This document shows positions 23,171 to 52,197 of a DNA stretch of 64,000 nucleotides, one piece after another. A program made the translations under genes and the position numbers. Below the pieces are notes generated by a model. That model did no database searches, was not told the DNA's origin, and saw only the letters and a list, made by a program, of their open reading frames with translations. Positions within the stretch are counted from its first letter, which is position 1. Each line of letters starts with the position of its first letter. The DNA comes from Amoebidium appalachense (taxonomy: Eukaryota > Protista > Ichthyosporea), in assembly GCA_963693365.1 (NCBI GenBank), contig CAVNZM010000002.1, forward strand, positions 10,162,328 through 10,226,327, in the 5' to 3' direction.

Positions 23171-24611
23171 CAAGACCTACCGTGCAGCATCCACATAGTC
23201 AATCATCCACCCAGGCCACTGGCTAGTTGCGAAAATGTACGAGTGGGGGTCCGGCCCCAGCAATCTCGGCCTCTGCATGGCCGGATTCACCACCGGCTGG
23301 CCCGCTGGATACAACTGATCAAGGAGACCAGCAAGCATACGAAGACGGCCTACTAAATCGACCGCTTCGAAATTCCGATTTTGCTCGTTTCCCAATTCCA
23401 GGCCAAAAAAGGAAACACCGTTCTGAATCGCAAAAAATAACAGAGCAAAGGCATTGGTTGGATCCCATCCGATCGCGCCTGGTTGGATCGGCATGTTGCT
23501 CCCATCGGCTAATCGGATCAAGATCTGATCCGTCCCCTCCTCGGAGAATTTCCCCAGGAAGCTGGGATAGAGCACGTTCAGCCCAAAAACCATCTGAGCT
23601 CCGGCATTTCGCACGAAGTTTGCCAATGAGAGGAAGTGGGTTCCGTTGAGGCACTTGATGTACTTGCTAGGGATGCAACCGGCTTGGGCTCCAAACTGCA
23701 AAATGAGGATGAAAATTATGTCTGCGGTTAGGATCACATGGCTGTCGTATCATCTATATAAGTGCAGAGTTTAAATTGACAAGGTACTTCAATTCCTTGC
23801 CATGCCAGCCCCCAACCACCCGCCCCCCTCCTCACTCTGTGGGGCCCCACATAATAACACCACCACGAAGATTATGACAGACATTCTGAAGAGATAAAGA
23901 GGTTGGGGATACACAAACATTCCAACCTAGAGAAATTTGGGATATTCCTGATAAAATCAGATAGTTTTGGGGATATAACAGCCCATTTAAGAATGGGATA
24001 TACCTACTATAGTGGCACAGAGAACTCTTGGGCGTACACCTGAAATACAAGAGGGCTTGGTGATATATGTAGGTACATCCACACACACACACACACACAC
24101 ATGTGAGTCTGGAATTACTAATTTATGTGAGTTTTGGATTTATGTGAGTTTTGGATATAATTCATCATGAAGGGGTTTTGGGCATATACGAACCTGATAA
24201 ACCAGCCTATCACTTACGCTCCCGCCCACCCGCGCGATCGCCGGGCTGAGGAGTTTTGCCAACCCTGCCAGCCGTGAACTGTTGAAATCAGTTGTGAAGA
24301 AATCCATCTGGTCTGACGTGTCTATGGTGTAGCTGATGTATGTGTCACGCACGGTAAACAGGGGCGTGGTTGGGTCGACGTAGAGACTGACGGGCTGGGG
24401 AAGATACTCCTGTTGGGGTCGAGAAAATAGGGGGGTTGGTATGGGTTGGGTTGTGATTTTTTGGTTCTACTTTTCAGGAGGTGATTTGCCGACTTGAAGT
24501 AACTTTCCAATACATCAACTGTAACTGCTGGCAGTTGTAAGTGTTATAAGTACTACTTTAGCACTCATAGGTCGGTGGATGGGTGGGTGGTTGCTGGTGG
24601 TTATGTAAGCG

Positions 24612-24655
<44 letters not shown>

Positions 24656-25810
24656 ACCGTGTGCATGTGTGTATGGATGTGTGTGTGAGGAGGTGAGGAG
24701 CGGGGATGGGGGGGGGGGACAAGGGGGAGTAGTGCGAGGAAGCAAAGATGTTCCGAAGACATTGTCTTCATGTTGAGCACGGTAATATGTATGCATGTAT
24801 AAATACTGTTGTCTGTTTACCGGAGAGGCACATGATATCAGGATATTCCTTAAGGGGGTGGCCTCGTGCACCTAAATCGAACGACTTCCACCTAGGCCAT
24901 TTGATCAATTTTCTTTAAACACCGCGGTACGTGGCGAAAAAGAGAGAAAATAGTGAAAATACATAGTGTACTTTGAGTCCTTCGGCATTCTCCGGGGAGA
25001 AATAAAATCCTTCAAATCACTGCCTACCGTAGTCGGTTTACTTTGCCAACGAAATAAGTTACACCATGCTGGTTGCCTCACACAATCTTTTTAAGCTTCA
25101 TCGGTTATGTTCACGTGCTTATATGCATATTGAGCACGGGTTTGGGGGTTTAAGGAGGTCCAATGCAAAGGTGAAGGGGCCCTGGCCCTGGGGGAGGGGA
25201 GGGCGGGGGGGGAGGAGGGAGGGAGGGAGGGAGGGAGGGGGCAGGGAGGAGAGGGGGGGGGAGGGGAGAGGGAGGGGGAAGGGTTACATAGTTGGACAAA
25301 ATACACGCAAGTGCCCCACGGCATTGTGCCTGCGAGTGTGTGCGTGTTTGCTCATAAATAAACGAGATGACACATGCAGCCCTCCCTACACAATGCACTG
25401 GCCATAAAGTCTGAAGTGCATACACCGGCATAGCACTAAAGAGGAAATACTTGCACTAAAGAGGAAATACTTACATCTGGGGCTGGTGGTTTTGAAGTCT
25501 GGTTGGTGTCGTTCTCCGGTTTTGGGCACTCAATCACGCACCAGCCGTGGTTTGGCTCGGACCCGCCCTGGCCTATCGCCCCCCCAAATATATCTTCATA
25601 GTCTCTCGTGCCACTGGGGGGTATCTTTACCGGATAGTATTTTGGTGCCTGCTTGGTCCCCGCAAAGCGTACACCCCTCTTTGTGGAAGCACCGTGTGCA
25701 TTGGTTGTGAGTGCTAGTGCGAGTAATGATATGGTAAAGAGGGATGTGAGGCGCCATCTTGGTGTGTGACTTTGTGCACGTGAACGAGCTTGGGGTGTTG
25801 GCGACCACAT
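20337..25810 (-). CDS. Glycoside hydrolase family 79 heparanase/beta-glucuronidase-like protein, 6 exons
   Basis: Exons (minus strand): 25810-25475, 24409-24194 (YISYTID..LAKLLSPAIARVGGSVSD), 23695-23181 (VFGLN..GLELGNE acid/base..LLGPD), 22503-22326 (VTYHEY..LWAGE nucleophile), 21384-21160 (DTFGASLWYADSLG..ARQALFG..PRPSFYTAVFAKRLLGTRVL) and 20709-20337 (LRSYAFC..IVVNL..IYLNG..VVLPDAQAPAC). There is an N-terminal hydrophobic signal. One frameshift lies in the C8 run at 20642-20649. Confidence 0.9.
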
Positions 25811-26724
25811 GGTGGGTGGTCCGAAAGGCGGTCAATCGGATGGGGAGTTACTGTGGCCCGAGGAATGAGCAATGAGCAAGCGTCCGAAAGCTAAGGAATT
25901 ACAGAACCAGATTCTTTTGATCCTCAATGTCAATGTAATTCAAGTGTTAAAAAAGAGCTGAATGGGTGTTAATGAGTTGTATTCGGTAAGCTTGGATCCA
26001 AGGGTCGATTGCCTTGGCAAAGGTGACCTTAGCTCCCTGGGACTTGAGTCGCGAACACACACACCTTGAGGTTTCCAAGATACTAGCTTGCACAAAGCTT
26101 ATGTGTGAACTTTGTGTAACAACATGCATGGGATTCTATTGTAACGGTTATTTAAATTTGTACGCCCACACAGAAACACAAATGAAAGGTTCGTTGGCAC
26201 TGTGTTCTTTGTGTTTTTGCCTCAAGTTTACACTTCTGTTGCACTTTTTGTGCCTCGAAGGGCATTTCCCGGATTTAGAAGTGGTGCCCGCTACACTAAT
26301 CAGATGTGTGACCTAATTTTGACAGCCAATCAGATGTCGCCGTGAAACAAAAAATCTCCCTGAATCGATGCATAACTATGTTCACATTTTCATTTGCGGC
26401 CAAATATTGACGGGAAGTAACGGGAACTGCCGGTTCAATTTTTGTGTCAACTCGCCAAGTTCCAAACTTCCAATTTGGTCCATTTTACACGTGACGCGAG
26501 TGTAGAATTGCAGGCTTGCAACCTATACAGCATGATCTAGTATTAGGTTATAAAAAGCTATATAAGTGTCTCAAGCAAATCAGGACTGTCGTAATCGTCA
26601 GTTCCAGAATTCAATGCAGAACTAATTTGCCTCATGTGAAAAGCACCCCCTAGTTTAGATACAAGGGATTTAGATGAAGAATAATCTTGAAACCAATCAG
26701 GTAAAAGTAGCATGATGTCTTAGC

Positions 26725-26998
26725 TAGGGCCCTATGAAAATATCCTGTTTTTCGCCCTGAGTATCAACCTGGATATATCACGAAAAAATCGCAAAGGCCC
26801 CTGATTATCCCGTTTTTTTTTCTTCGCGAGTGCCCTGAGTATCATCTCAACATATCCCGAAAACCTCCCTGAAAATCAAAAGATATATCAAAAGTGTCCT
26901 ATTTGTGCCCTGATTATCAGGCCCAAGTATCCAGTCCAGACAACTTACTGACTAAGCTTATCACCTGAATATCTAAGGCGAATACACGTGTGCGCACG

Positions 26999-27093
<95 letters not shown>

Positions 27094-27107
27094 GTGTGTG
27101 TGATGGT

Positions 27108-27146
<39 letters not shown>

Positions 27147-27163
27147 TTGTGTGTGTGTGTGTG

Positions 27164-27196
<33 letters not shown>

Positions 27197-28015
27197 ACGT
27201 GTGTGTGTGTGTACACGTGTGTGTGTGTGTACACGTGTGTGTGTGTGTGTGTGCGTGTGCGTGTGTGTGTATGAGTGTGTGTGTGTGTGTGTGTGTCTGT
27301 GTGTGTTGCAATTGAGTGTGGTATACTAAGGGAGAAGGGGGGGGGGGGGGGGGGGGGGGGGCATATGGCCCATATGGGGGCCGGGGGGGGGGGGGGGGGG
27401 GGGGGGTGACGGGAGTCACTAAGGCTTGTACTAGTGTAATGGAATAAAGGGCACTGCTTAAGCCAAAGGTTTGATGCTTGAGCTCTCTGCATGCACGCCT
27501 GATGACAACATGGGAGAACTGACCGAGAAAGCCCAAAAACCACTCTTTATACCGATGGAAAGAAGTTGCACATGTGTCAACTGTCAAAACCGCCTGTCTG
27601 GGGCGGGAACTTGAGTGATTGGTAGTTTCCAGGCGTATGTGGCGGGAGCTTGGCACATTGGTTCGATGTGAAATCCAACTGCCCAAATATGGCTATTGTA
27701 ACATTCATTACTTCTTTTGGCTTGTTTACCTCTTGCTTGATTGGCAGCCTTTGGCGGCAAAACTCCCCTAGTGGAAACCCCACAACACATATAGATAACT
27801 CCTATAATACCCCCTAGGTGGACGTGATATATCCCGCCTTTGAGCACAGGATATATCACCTCTTCAGAGATCCATTTTGATATACCAATTTTTGCACCCC
27901 CCCAGAATATCACCAGATAGATCTTGGGGGTGCCCTGATTATCACCAGATATATCTGGTATCCAACTTGCCCCTGAATATCACCTAGATATACGGGATCT
28001 TTTCATAAGGCCCTA
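26725..28015. mobile_element. Non-autonomous hAT-superfamily DNA transposon (1291 bp)
   Basis: Terminal inverted repeats TAGGGCCCTATGAAAATATCCTGT and (reverse complement) TAGGGCCTTATGAAAAGATCCCGT. Exact 8-bp TSD GTCTTAGC at 26717-26724 and 28016-28023. About nine subterminal CCCTGA(T/G/A)TATC-like motifs. No transposase ORF. Confidence 0.9.
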
Positions 28016-28342
28016 GTCTTAGCATTCCTCAGGTATTCGCAAGCCTCCAATCGGCTTTGAGAAGGAAGCTGAAAATAAATTCCTGTGTAGGTAAACATAG
28101 GAAAATCGGACGGTCAGGCTGCCCTCATGGAAAGCACTTGGTAACGGTGCACGTGTGTGCACGTGATTCATCTCCTGGCTATTCGTTTATGAATGAATCC
28201 CTGACACGTACTGACTGTGCCCTCTATAGCCTATGTACGAATAAATCGACGCTGGCTGAGTCAAGGGTAGGAGAGTCGTGATCAGCCGCTCTTCGGACCG
28301 TCCGCAGCCCTTCGAAAAATAATAAGAGCTACTACTTCACTC

Positions 28343-29881
<1,539 letters not shown>

Positions 29882-30174
29882 GTAGTGCATGCGATATAGG
29901 ACGTGTCCGCAAATAAAAAATGGGGTTAAACTTGTTCTTTATCATGAAAACCTGGAGTACACGTGTCAAAAGGCATACACATAAGCATGCATTTAACAAT
30001 GCATTTATCTTAATACCCTCGATCAGGGATGTGCGCACACCGTCAGAATGACAACTATGTCGGCGTGCAGTACTCAGCCTACACGGTCTCACCAAACTCA
30101 AACTAAACACAAGTGCAGTGGGCAAAGTGTGATAGGAATTCAAACAGAGGCTAGCCGAGAGAAAATCCCCAAAG

Positions 30175-30225
<51 letters not shown>

Positions 30226-30284
30226 CTCTAGCGCACAAAGCACACACACACACCCTCCCACCTGGCTGCGCCCCGACAAACGAG

Positions 30285-30318
<34 letters not shown>

Positions 30319-30650
30319 ACCACCACCACCACACACACACACACAAAAAAAATTAATAATAATAATAATATTATTATTATTAATAATAATATTAATAAAA
30401 ATTTCATCTCGTCCAGCACCACCACCACCACGACCACTCAGGGTGTTTGTCTACTGTAGTTGCTAGGATGTTAGCCTTGCCTCGGGTTCAAAAACCCATT
30501 GAAACCTATTTCATCACGAAAAAAGGCATATTCATTATAGTCGTAACTTGGTGGAAAACCGGGGCCTTTGCTGGTCGAGACCTACTAACTCATTTGCGAC
30601 AGACTCGAAGCTCTGCCGCGCCCCAAGCTCTTTGATGCATTCATGTGTGT

Positions 30651-38883
<8,233 letters not shown>

Positions 38884-39518
38884 GGCGCTTATCAAGAATA
38901 AATATCGCGGCTTTCTGCGTCTCTTATCCTTACGCGAACTCTAGCCAAAAAGGTGCACCTACAATCAAAAAGTGACGCACAAAACTCCCTTGTTTTTCTC
39001 CCACTTACAGCCTATGCATGTCACGAGGCTTTGCAGAAAATGGCGGGAAACCGAGCCAGTCAAACCAGAGTAGTCTATATTGAAGACGCCAAGATCGCGA
39101 AAACGAACTCAAATGAAGAAAAGATAGCAAAATAATCGCAAAGCTGACGTCAAATGGTAACAGACTATCCCGCCCCTGCTGCCCGCTTCCCTGACCCAAG
39201 TTGCATACGTTCTGTGGCTGCCGCCTTCCTAGTACTTCCTGCATCTTCACTGGGAAAATAAGGAAGCACTTGGTTGCTGTACAGGCACTAAAGTTTACTA
39301 GCCAACCCTTATAGTAGCCGATCCCCGTCTCTGCCCTTTTGCTGCATTAGAAAACCCTTATTTAGCATATAGGGGTGGGAAGAGAGCAGGGCCAAAAAAA
39401 CACACGCAATCGTTACCTGTCACCTCCATAATTTAGCAGCTATTTTCCCCTTGTAAACCCTCTAAATTCTACAGCAGATTCCAAAATTCTCCCGTCTTTT
39501 TTCGGTGCTGTGTGGACT

Positions 39519-40587
39519 ATGTCGTGGGCAGATTTCAACAGAGAGCTGGCTGCTGGCAAGGATCCGCTTGCAGCCTTTTCCCAAGTGGGGAGGTGTGTCC
39601 TCCCCCCAATCCTCCCCCCTCCCCCTCCCCCCCCCTTCCCCCCTCTCCAACCCCCCCCCTTCCCCCTCTTCCTTCTCCCCCCTCCTCCATCCCCTTTTAC
39701 CCCCCCGCCTTCCTCTCCTCTGTTGAAGATGTTGTTGAACCTTCTCCCCATTTCTCCACAACCTTACACCTCCTTCTATACACCTTTCTTCGCTTTCCAG
39801 TACTCCATTTATCCCGACACCTACTTATTTGTTCCTCTCTCCTCCAACATCGTGTAATGTGGGTGCCACTTAGAGTGTTAAAGGGTTCCTCCTTTAAGTC
39901 CTGTGCACGCCAAGATACCACCACCACCCTAAGCACCTTTCCAGGTGACCTACAGCCTATGCTTAACACATGTGCAAGTCCAAACGTTTCTCGGTTGCAT
40001 ACACCTGGCCTAGCACCTCCACCCTCGCTGTTCCAAGCAACCCGTCCCCTCCCCCCTCCTTAACCCCCTTTCCCCCTCCCCCCTGCCCGTCCCCTCCCCC
40101 CCCACACACCTCCACCTGCCTCCTCCCAGCCATCCGCCTGCAGCACGTTGCTGCTTCCAGATGCATACACCTGGCTCACTGCACCGCCCTTGACAACACC
40201 GAGTTCTAATCCTTGTCTTTCTTGCACCATTATACTTGGCCCTGGTAACTGAGTTTTGTCTCTGCTGCACGTACATACGATACTTGCCATGTTTTTCAAA
40301 GAACTTAACTAAGTACGTGTGTTACCGCGTCTGTTATGTCCAAAAAGCGCAACGGGTTTCTGCTGTCAAACTGATACGCGGGGATACAGGACAGATACCA
40401 AAGACGGGAGCTCGACTACAGAAGCAAAACGAACGGGGTTGTCTGTGGAGGTAAGGTCTGTGTAAGGGAGTTGAGTTTTCTATATTAGGACTTCAGTGTG
40501 GTCTTTTTTTCTCGAGATACTCTGGCTGTGCATTTCCAGTGGCTCATCATGTTGAGGTTGATCACGTGCATGGAATTATGGTGCAGG

Positions 40588-40637
<50 letters not shown>

Positions 40638-41061
40638 AAACGGGAGGGGTATTGGCCCCGGAAGAGGTGCTGCTGGTGCCTCTGGGAGGTTGTGCAGGGC
40701 CCGGGGGAGGAGGGGGTTGGGGGGGGGGGGGGGGGGGGGGGGGGGGAGGGGGGGGGAGGTGGTGGTGGTGGTGGTTGGGGGGAAGAGGGTGCTTTTTTTT
40801 TTTTTTTTTTTTTGGGGGGGGGGGGGGGGAGGGGGGCACAGAAGGAAAGAGGGGAAAGCAAGAAGGCCAAGATGGAATAGAGATAACACTCATTCCCTTT
40901 GCTTGTGCCTGCAGCTTAGGGGCAGGCCGTACCGCTTCCAGATACTGCGCAGGCCACTGGACGACCAGCAGGCTATAAATAGCCCCCAGCCACTCAGCAA
41001 GCAGGACCTTGTCGTGCTGGGTCCCACACTACCGCTTGCAGATGCCATCAGACCCATGTAC

Positions 41062-41097
<36 letters not shown>

Positions 41098-41130
41098 CAC
41101 ACACACACACACACACACACACGCCACCCC

Positions 41131-41161
<31 letters not shown>

Positions 41162-41342
41162 AAGACACGCGCACACGTTGCACACGTGCATGCACACACA
41201 CGGCACACACACACCTTTAGTCTACCACCACCCCCACCTGCCCCGCGGAAGAACACCTTTCCAAATATCCCCTTGCTTCAGCTTCTTTTTGCGAGTGAAT
41301 TCTCTACAGTCCCGTGACGAACGTAAACATCCGGCATGTCCC

Positions 41343-41395
<53 letters not shown>

Positions 41396-41764
41396 ACACA
41401 CACACAACTTGAAAACACACACACGCAGGGCTGCCTTCGCGGTGACATCACCAGTTGCAAGCACATGTAGCGGTACCCCAAATACAAAATTAAATGGGCG
41501 GTGCCATACTATGCGTTTCAAGAAAGTCATAAATACAGCATGAACCTTCTGAATCAGGTTTTAGGACTCACCGGCAGACTAGATGTACCTCCACTGATTC
41601 ACATGCCTCAAAGACACACAAATTGGGGCACTGGATCCAGTTCTGTTTTCACCGTGTACTGTACAGGTGTGTTCTACCGCCACGGCCGGAGGATAACTAC
41701 ACTTGATAGCAGGATGGCCGGTGGAGAATATTTCTGCAGGTTACTGCGCTGCCAACAACTGTGA
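39519..41764 (+). other. Possible spliced hypothetical gene or pseudogene divergent from NTMT1
   Basis: Exon-like blocks with splice signals separated by repeat-filled spacers: MSWADFNRELAAGKDPLAAFSQ (39519), ..GLSVE|gtaagg (40450), cag|LRGRPYRFQILRRPLDDQQ.. (~40915) and RYPKYKIKWAVPYYAFQE.. (~41471-41764). I could not join them into one frame or recognise a family. Confidence 0.25.
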
Positions 41765-42394
41765 GCAACACTGTGGCATCCCCGACAATTGCAATGAATT
41801 TGTAGAGTCATGACGCAGGTGCACGATTGATGTTTCGTGTCTTGTCTTCCTGCGTTGTAGGTTCACGCATTAAAAAATTGGTTTCTCTTATGTGTTGTAT
41901 GGAAGCATGTAAGATGGTTGCTCGCCAACACTCACGAACGGTAATAATGATAACACTAGTGAGGTAGGCATACAAATAGATGGTTCTCCAAACGAATCCT
42001 GGTGACAAGCGGCAACTGTACATTGAACTTTGCTTGTGCGTTCGCGCCAAAAGCAAGGGATATTATAGGACATGATATTGCTTTTAACAACAATATGCTG
42101 TTGGGTGGTTATATTATTGAACTTTTTAATATTCGTCTGCGAATCACAATGCTGTGTTTCTTTTGCAGTGCATATGCAACTCTTTGTCGTACCTAAGGAG
42201 GATGGCAAAAATATTGCTCAAAGTGCATGTCAGGCATTTTAGACTCGCTTTCAAGCAAGAAAAGCAAGCTATTATAACTCTTTCTATGCACCTTCATCAA
42301 GCAGAATAAAAAAATCCTGTATAATTTCTTATGTATGTATGAACTAGTCGCAACACTTCAAATGATGTAATGAAGCCGTAAATGTATTAGATAA

Positions 42395-42510
42395 GCGTGA
42401 CGTGTAAAGTGCACACACATACGCGTGAATGGTTTTCTCTACCCTCCTCGTCATCTCCCTCAGCGAGGGTATATAAGCAGCCTGCACGTCACAGTTTGGT
42501 CACGTGTCAG
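42395..42510 (+). promoter_or_regulatory. Putative DDX5 core promoter
   Basis: TATATAA at ~42471, about 130 bp upstream of the ATG, flanked by GTGACGTG, CACGTCAC and CACGTG (CRE/E-box-like) motifs in repeat-free sequence. Confidence 0.4.
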
Positions 42511-42602
42511 GGTTATGTGGGTCGGTCGGTTCATATTTCTTTTTGGACAGTTTTAAACATCCACGCACTTTCTTTATAGTTTTTGTTGGTTTACTTACGA
42601 AG

Positions 42603-48910
<6,308 letters not shown>

Positions 48911-49806
48911 GATGAAATTTCATGTGTAGCAACAAACTAGTTCTGCTACTTTTTTATTGGTTGGTTGGTTTGTTTTCTTTGTTTGTGTTGTATTTTTCTT
49001 GATTCTTTTTCATTCCTTTTTTGCTATTTTGCGGCCTTGTTCTCTTTGTTTCGTTTTTTGTTCTTGTTGCTACTATTCGTTTCCAGTACCCTCGTCATTT
49101 TTCTTTCTTTTTTTTTTACTATTTTCGCAGCACTTTCTTTTGCTAGCTTTGCAGCACCTATGTAAATAAAAATCTCGGAGACAAAACACACGAAAGATTG
49201 ATCGAGAACGCATACACCACAAACAGTGTTACTTCCAACTATAGCTTGTGGGTGATAATGTGTCAAAACTGTTGCACAAAGTATATTAGTGGCGGCATGA
49301 TATGTGTCACATGAGACAAACAGTAGAACGTTGTGAATTGAGACTGATAGCATGCATGCCCTGGTTGGCATGCACATGGGATAATAAAGCTGAAAATTTT
49401 GACTATTTTCCTCGTGCATCAAGTTGTTTGGCTTCAAGCGCGCGTGTGAGTTGGAATCATTGTGCGTTGCACATGGGCGCATTGTGTGCATGCACGGCCG
49501 CGTCCTGCTGTGTACCCAGTGTTGTGTGGATGAGAAGTAGCGGTTGTATTTATGTGCAAGAGCCAAATCTTGGGGTTCACCCTGGTAAACGACGCAGTTG
49601 TACACATTAGATCTTTGTGTACAATGGGATTATACAGACTGTGAGTGCCGTTGGCCCGCACACATGTACAATGTCATGCGCATGCGCACACACAGTGCAC
49701 AGCTGCAGATGCGTCCCGTTCATGAGGTGTACGCGCGTATTTCTGAGTATTTAATGTCAATATTGGGGCCGGGGTCAGACAGCTCATGCTCCGGCGGCGG
49801 TGGCGG

Positions 49807-49852
<46 letters not shown>

Positions 49853-50006
49853 ACACATGCACAGTCACACATACACGCACATGGTCGCTGCGCCACGGCG
49901 TGACACAACTGCCTGTACTTACGTCCAGTACAAAGCCTAAGCACAATTGTCATTGGGTCTTGAGTGAAGAATTTTTGATTTTGAAGGTAGCCACAGGGGT
50001 GGGTGC

Positions 50007-50046
<40 letters not shown>

Positions 50047-50772
50047 CCCCGGGGCCCGCGTGCGCGTGACCATGGAAATAAAAAGTCTCTTTTCACACAC
50101 CAAAAGTTGTATTTCCTTCCTTTTTTTTTTTTTTTTCCTTTTAAATTTGGCACTTGCCTCCATTTTGGCCACTGACCCCCCCCACCCCTCCACACACACA
50201 TGCACATAAACACGTGCACACACACACACACAAGCACACACATACACGCACACGTACACGCGCGCGCCATGCACGCGCGCACACACACACAATTGTACTG
50301 CACCGTGACACACGTGCACACACACATTGCATGTCACACACACACACACTACCACACACACACACACACACACTTCCCACCCGTTCGTGCCTGCCAGGTG
50401 GGGGAAGGGGGGGGGGGGGGGGGGGGGGAGGGGGGGGGATGGGGGGGGATGACCGTACGGCATATAGCTAGCCTGAGGAGGCTCGGCAGGTGATCAAGGT
50501 GCACGTACAGTACTATATTGGTAGTGTGCACGGTACATCAGCATTCTATGGCATAATGATAGTCATTATTAATACCACGACTATGACCAGTGGCACCTAG
50601 TCTGTTCATTATAGGAGAGTCTATGCCAGCTATTCTAGATCTCGCTACCGGTACTTCGTGCTGAACAAAAAGAAACTTGAAACACCTATCTATCACTCTG
50701 TTTTGCTCTTCGAGGGCTTATAATTATTACTAAAACTTTGCTCACTTACCAAGCTCACTCAGTCTGTGAAGT

Positions 50773-52197
50773 CTAGACAAACATGACAGCCACAGCCGTG
50801 GGCATGAAGATAATACCAAACACCATCAAGAACCACGCAACCCACTTCTTCAAACCCTCATAGGAACCCTGCGACGGTGGAGCCCACCCCCTAATCTCAT
50901 CCTCCTTGGGGTCATTGTAGACAAACAGTTTCAGGTACGCCGCGGACGGGAGAATAAATGTGATGGCTGTCGATGCGGTAGCGCCGATGATACCAAAAAC
51001 AAGACCCAAATCAGTCACCGTCATGGCCAAGCCGAAGGTAACACCCAAAAGAACCACCGTAACCCCCCACCAAACACCCTTTGACCCCTTGGTGCCTTGC
51101 GCGACCTTTTCGCCCTTGTTAGCTGCCACAAAACTTAGGTTGACGATGTTTACGAGCGCATTGCGGGTAGGGTGGAAGAGGAGAGGGTAGGATACGGCGA
51201 CAACAAACGCGAGCATGAGTCGGGCGACGGAAACCGGGATAGTGACGGGATAGTCCTTGAGAATGTTCGAACTGACGTTTGTGCCATAGGTAAAAAGACC
51301 GCACATGCCAAACACCATGTAGATGCACATCACCAGGCCGAGAGACCCGATTCCGACCATGTCCATACGCTTTACCCGCGGGTTGACCAGCACGTTGTAT
51401 ACCTCAGGGACGTTTGTCTGGCAGCAGAACGCAAAAATAAACATAGGCAAGGCGCGAATGACACCCAGACCGTCGTGCGAGACAGCTCTCTTCTCACCTT
51501 CGCAGGTTGCTAGATCTTTCCCCTCGCACGGGTCCAACACCTGAATAGAGTAGAGGAACACAAGGCACATCACATAAAGAACAGCAATGATAGCGAGCGC
51601 ACTCGTGAATTTCAACTTGTCAACGTTGGGCATGCAGGCCAGAGGAATGCCCAAGACGGCCCACACTAAGCCGATCCAGAACTGGCGGCTCAGAAGGATC
51701 GCACTGTCACCCGAGTACAATTGCATGACAAATTGCGGCACAAGGTCACCGATAACAATCAGGTACGATATACATGCACCGATGCAGGTAAAGATGACGC
51801 TCAGGTCTCCGATAGTGCCGAGCCATGGATATGCGGCGTGGCTAATAGCACCGCAAGAGGTCTGTGTGCCACCGATGCGGTGGCAACATTTAGAAACAAA
51901 GTGGATGGAAACGACTGAGCTGACGAGAGAAAACGCCATCAGAAGGATCGAGAGTGCCCACCCACACTCGGAGAAGGCAAACGGAAGGCCGAGCACCCCC
52001 GTGCCAATGATTGTGTTTGTCAGGTTGGCAATACCGCCGCCAACAGATGAGTTCCTGACGGCATCGTCATTGAAGTCATCAATGTTATCGTCGTTGAGAT
52101 CCCCCTTGGTGATGTTGAGCACATCCTTGTTCTCGGTGCCTGCCTCGAGAAGGTTGTGTGCTGACTGCAGCTCTTTCTCCTTGTCGTGCTGCGCCAT
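50773..52197 (-). CDS. Amino acid/auxin permease (AAAP, SLC38/AVT-like) transporter, 474 aa, intronless
   Basis: Single ORF; likely start MAQHDKEK at 52197. Motifs NLTNTIIGTGVLGLPFAF, SYLIVIGD, LKFTSALA, FAFCCQTNV, SYPLLFHPTR and GATASTAITFILP, with about 11 hydrophobic segments. Confidence 0.93.
   Translation of the reverse strand: MAQHDKEKELQSAHNLLEAGTENKDVLNITKGDLNDDNIDDFNDDAVRNSSVGGGIANLTNTIIGTGVLGLPFAFSECGWALSILLMAFSLVSSVVSIHFVSKCCHRIGGTQTSCGAISHAAYPWLGTIGDLSVIFTCIGACISYLIVIGDLVPQFVMQLYSGDSAILLSRQFWIGLVWAVLGIPLACMPNVDKLKFTSALAIIAVLYVMCLVFLYSIQVLDPCEGKDLATCEGEKRAVSHDGLGVIRALPMFIFAFCCQTNVPEVYNVLVNPRVKRMDMVGIGSLGLVMCIYMVFGMCGLFTYGTNVSSNILKDYPVTIPVSVARLMLAFVVAVSYPLLFHPTRNALVNIVNLSFVAANKGEKVAQGTKGSKGVWWGVTVVLLGVTFGLAMTVTDLGLVFGIIGATASTAITFILPSAAYLKLFVYNDPKEDEIRGWAPPSQGSYEGLKKWVAWFLMVFGIIFMPTAVAVMFV

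Noticed and set aside
41430-41500. In-frame TAG as evidence for an alternative genetic code
   Set aside because: Confident genes end in TAA, TAG and TGA and have no internal stops, so the standard code fits.
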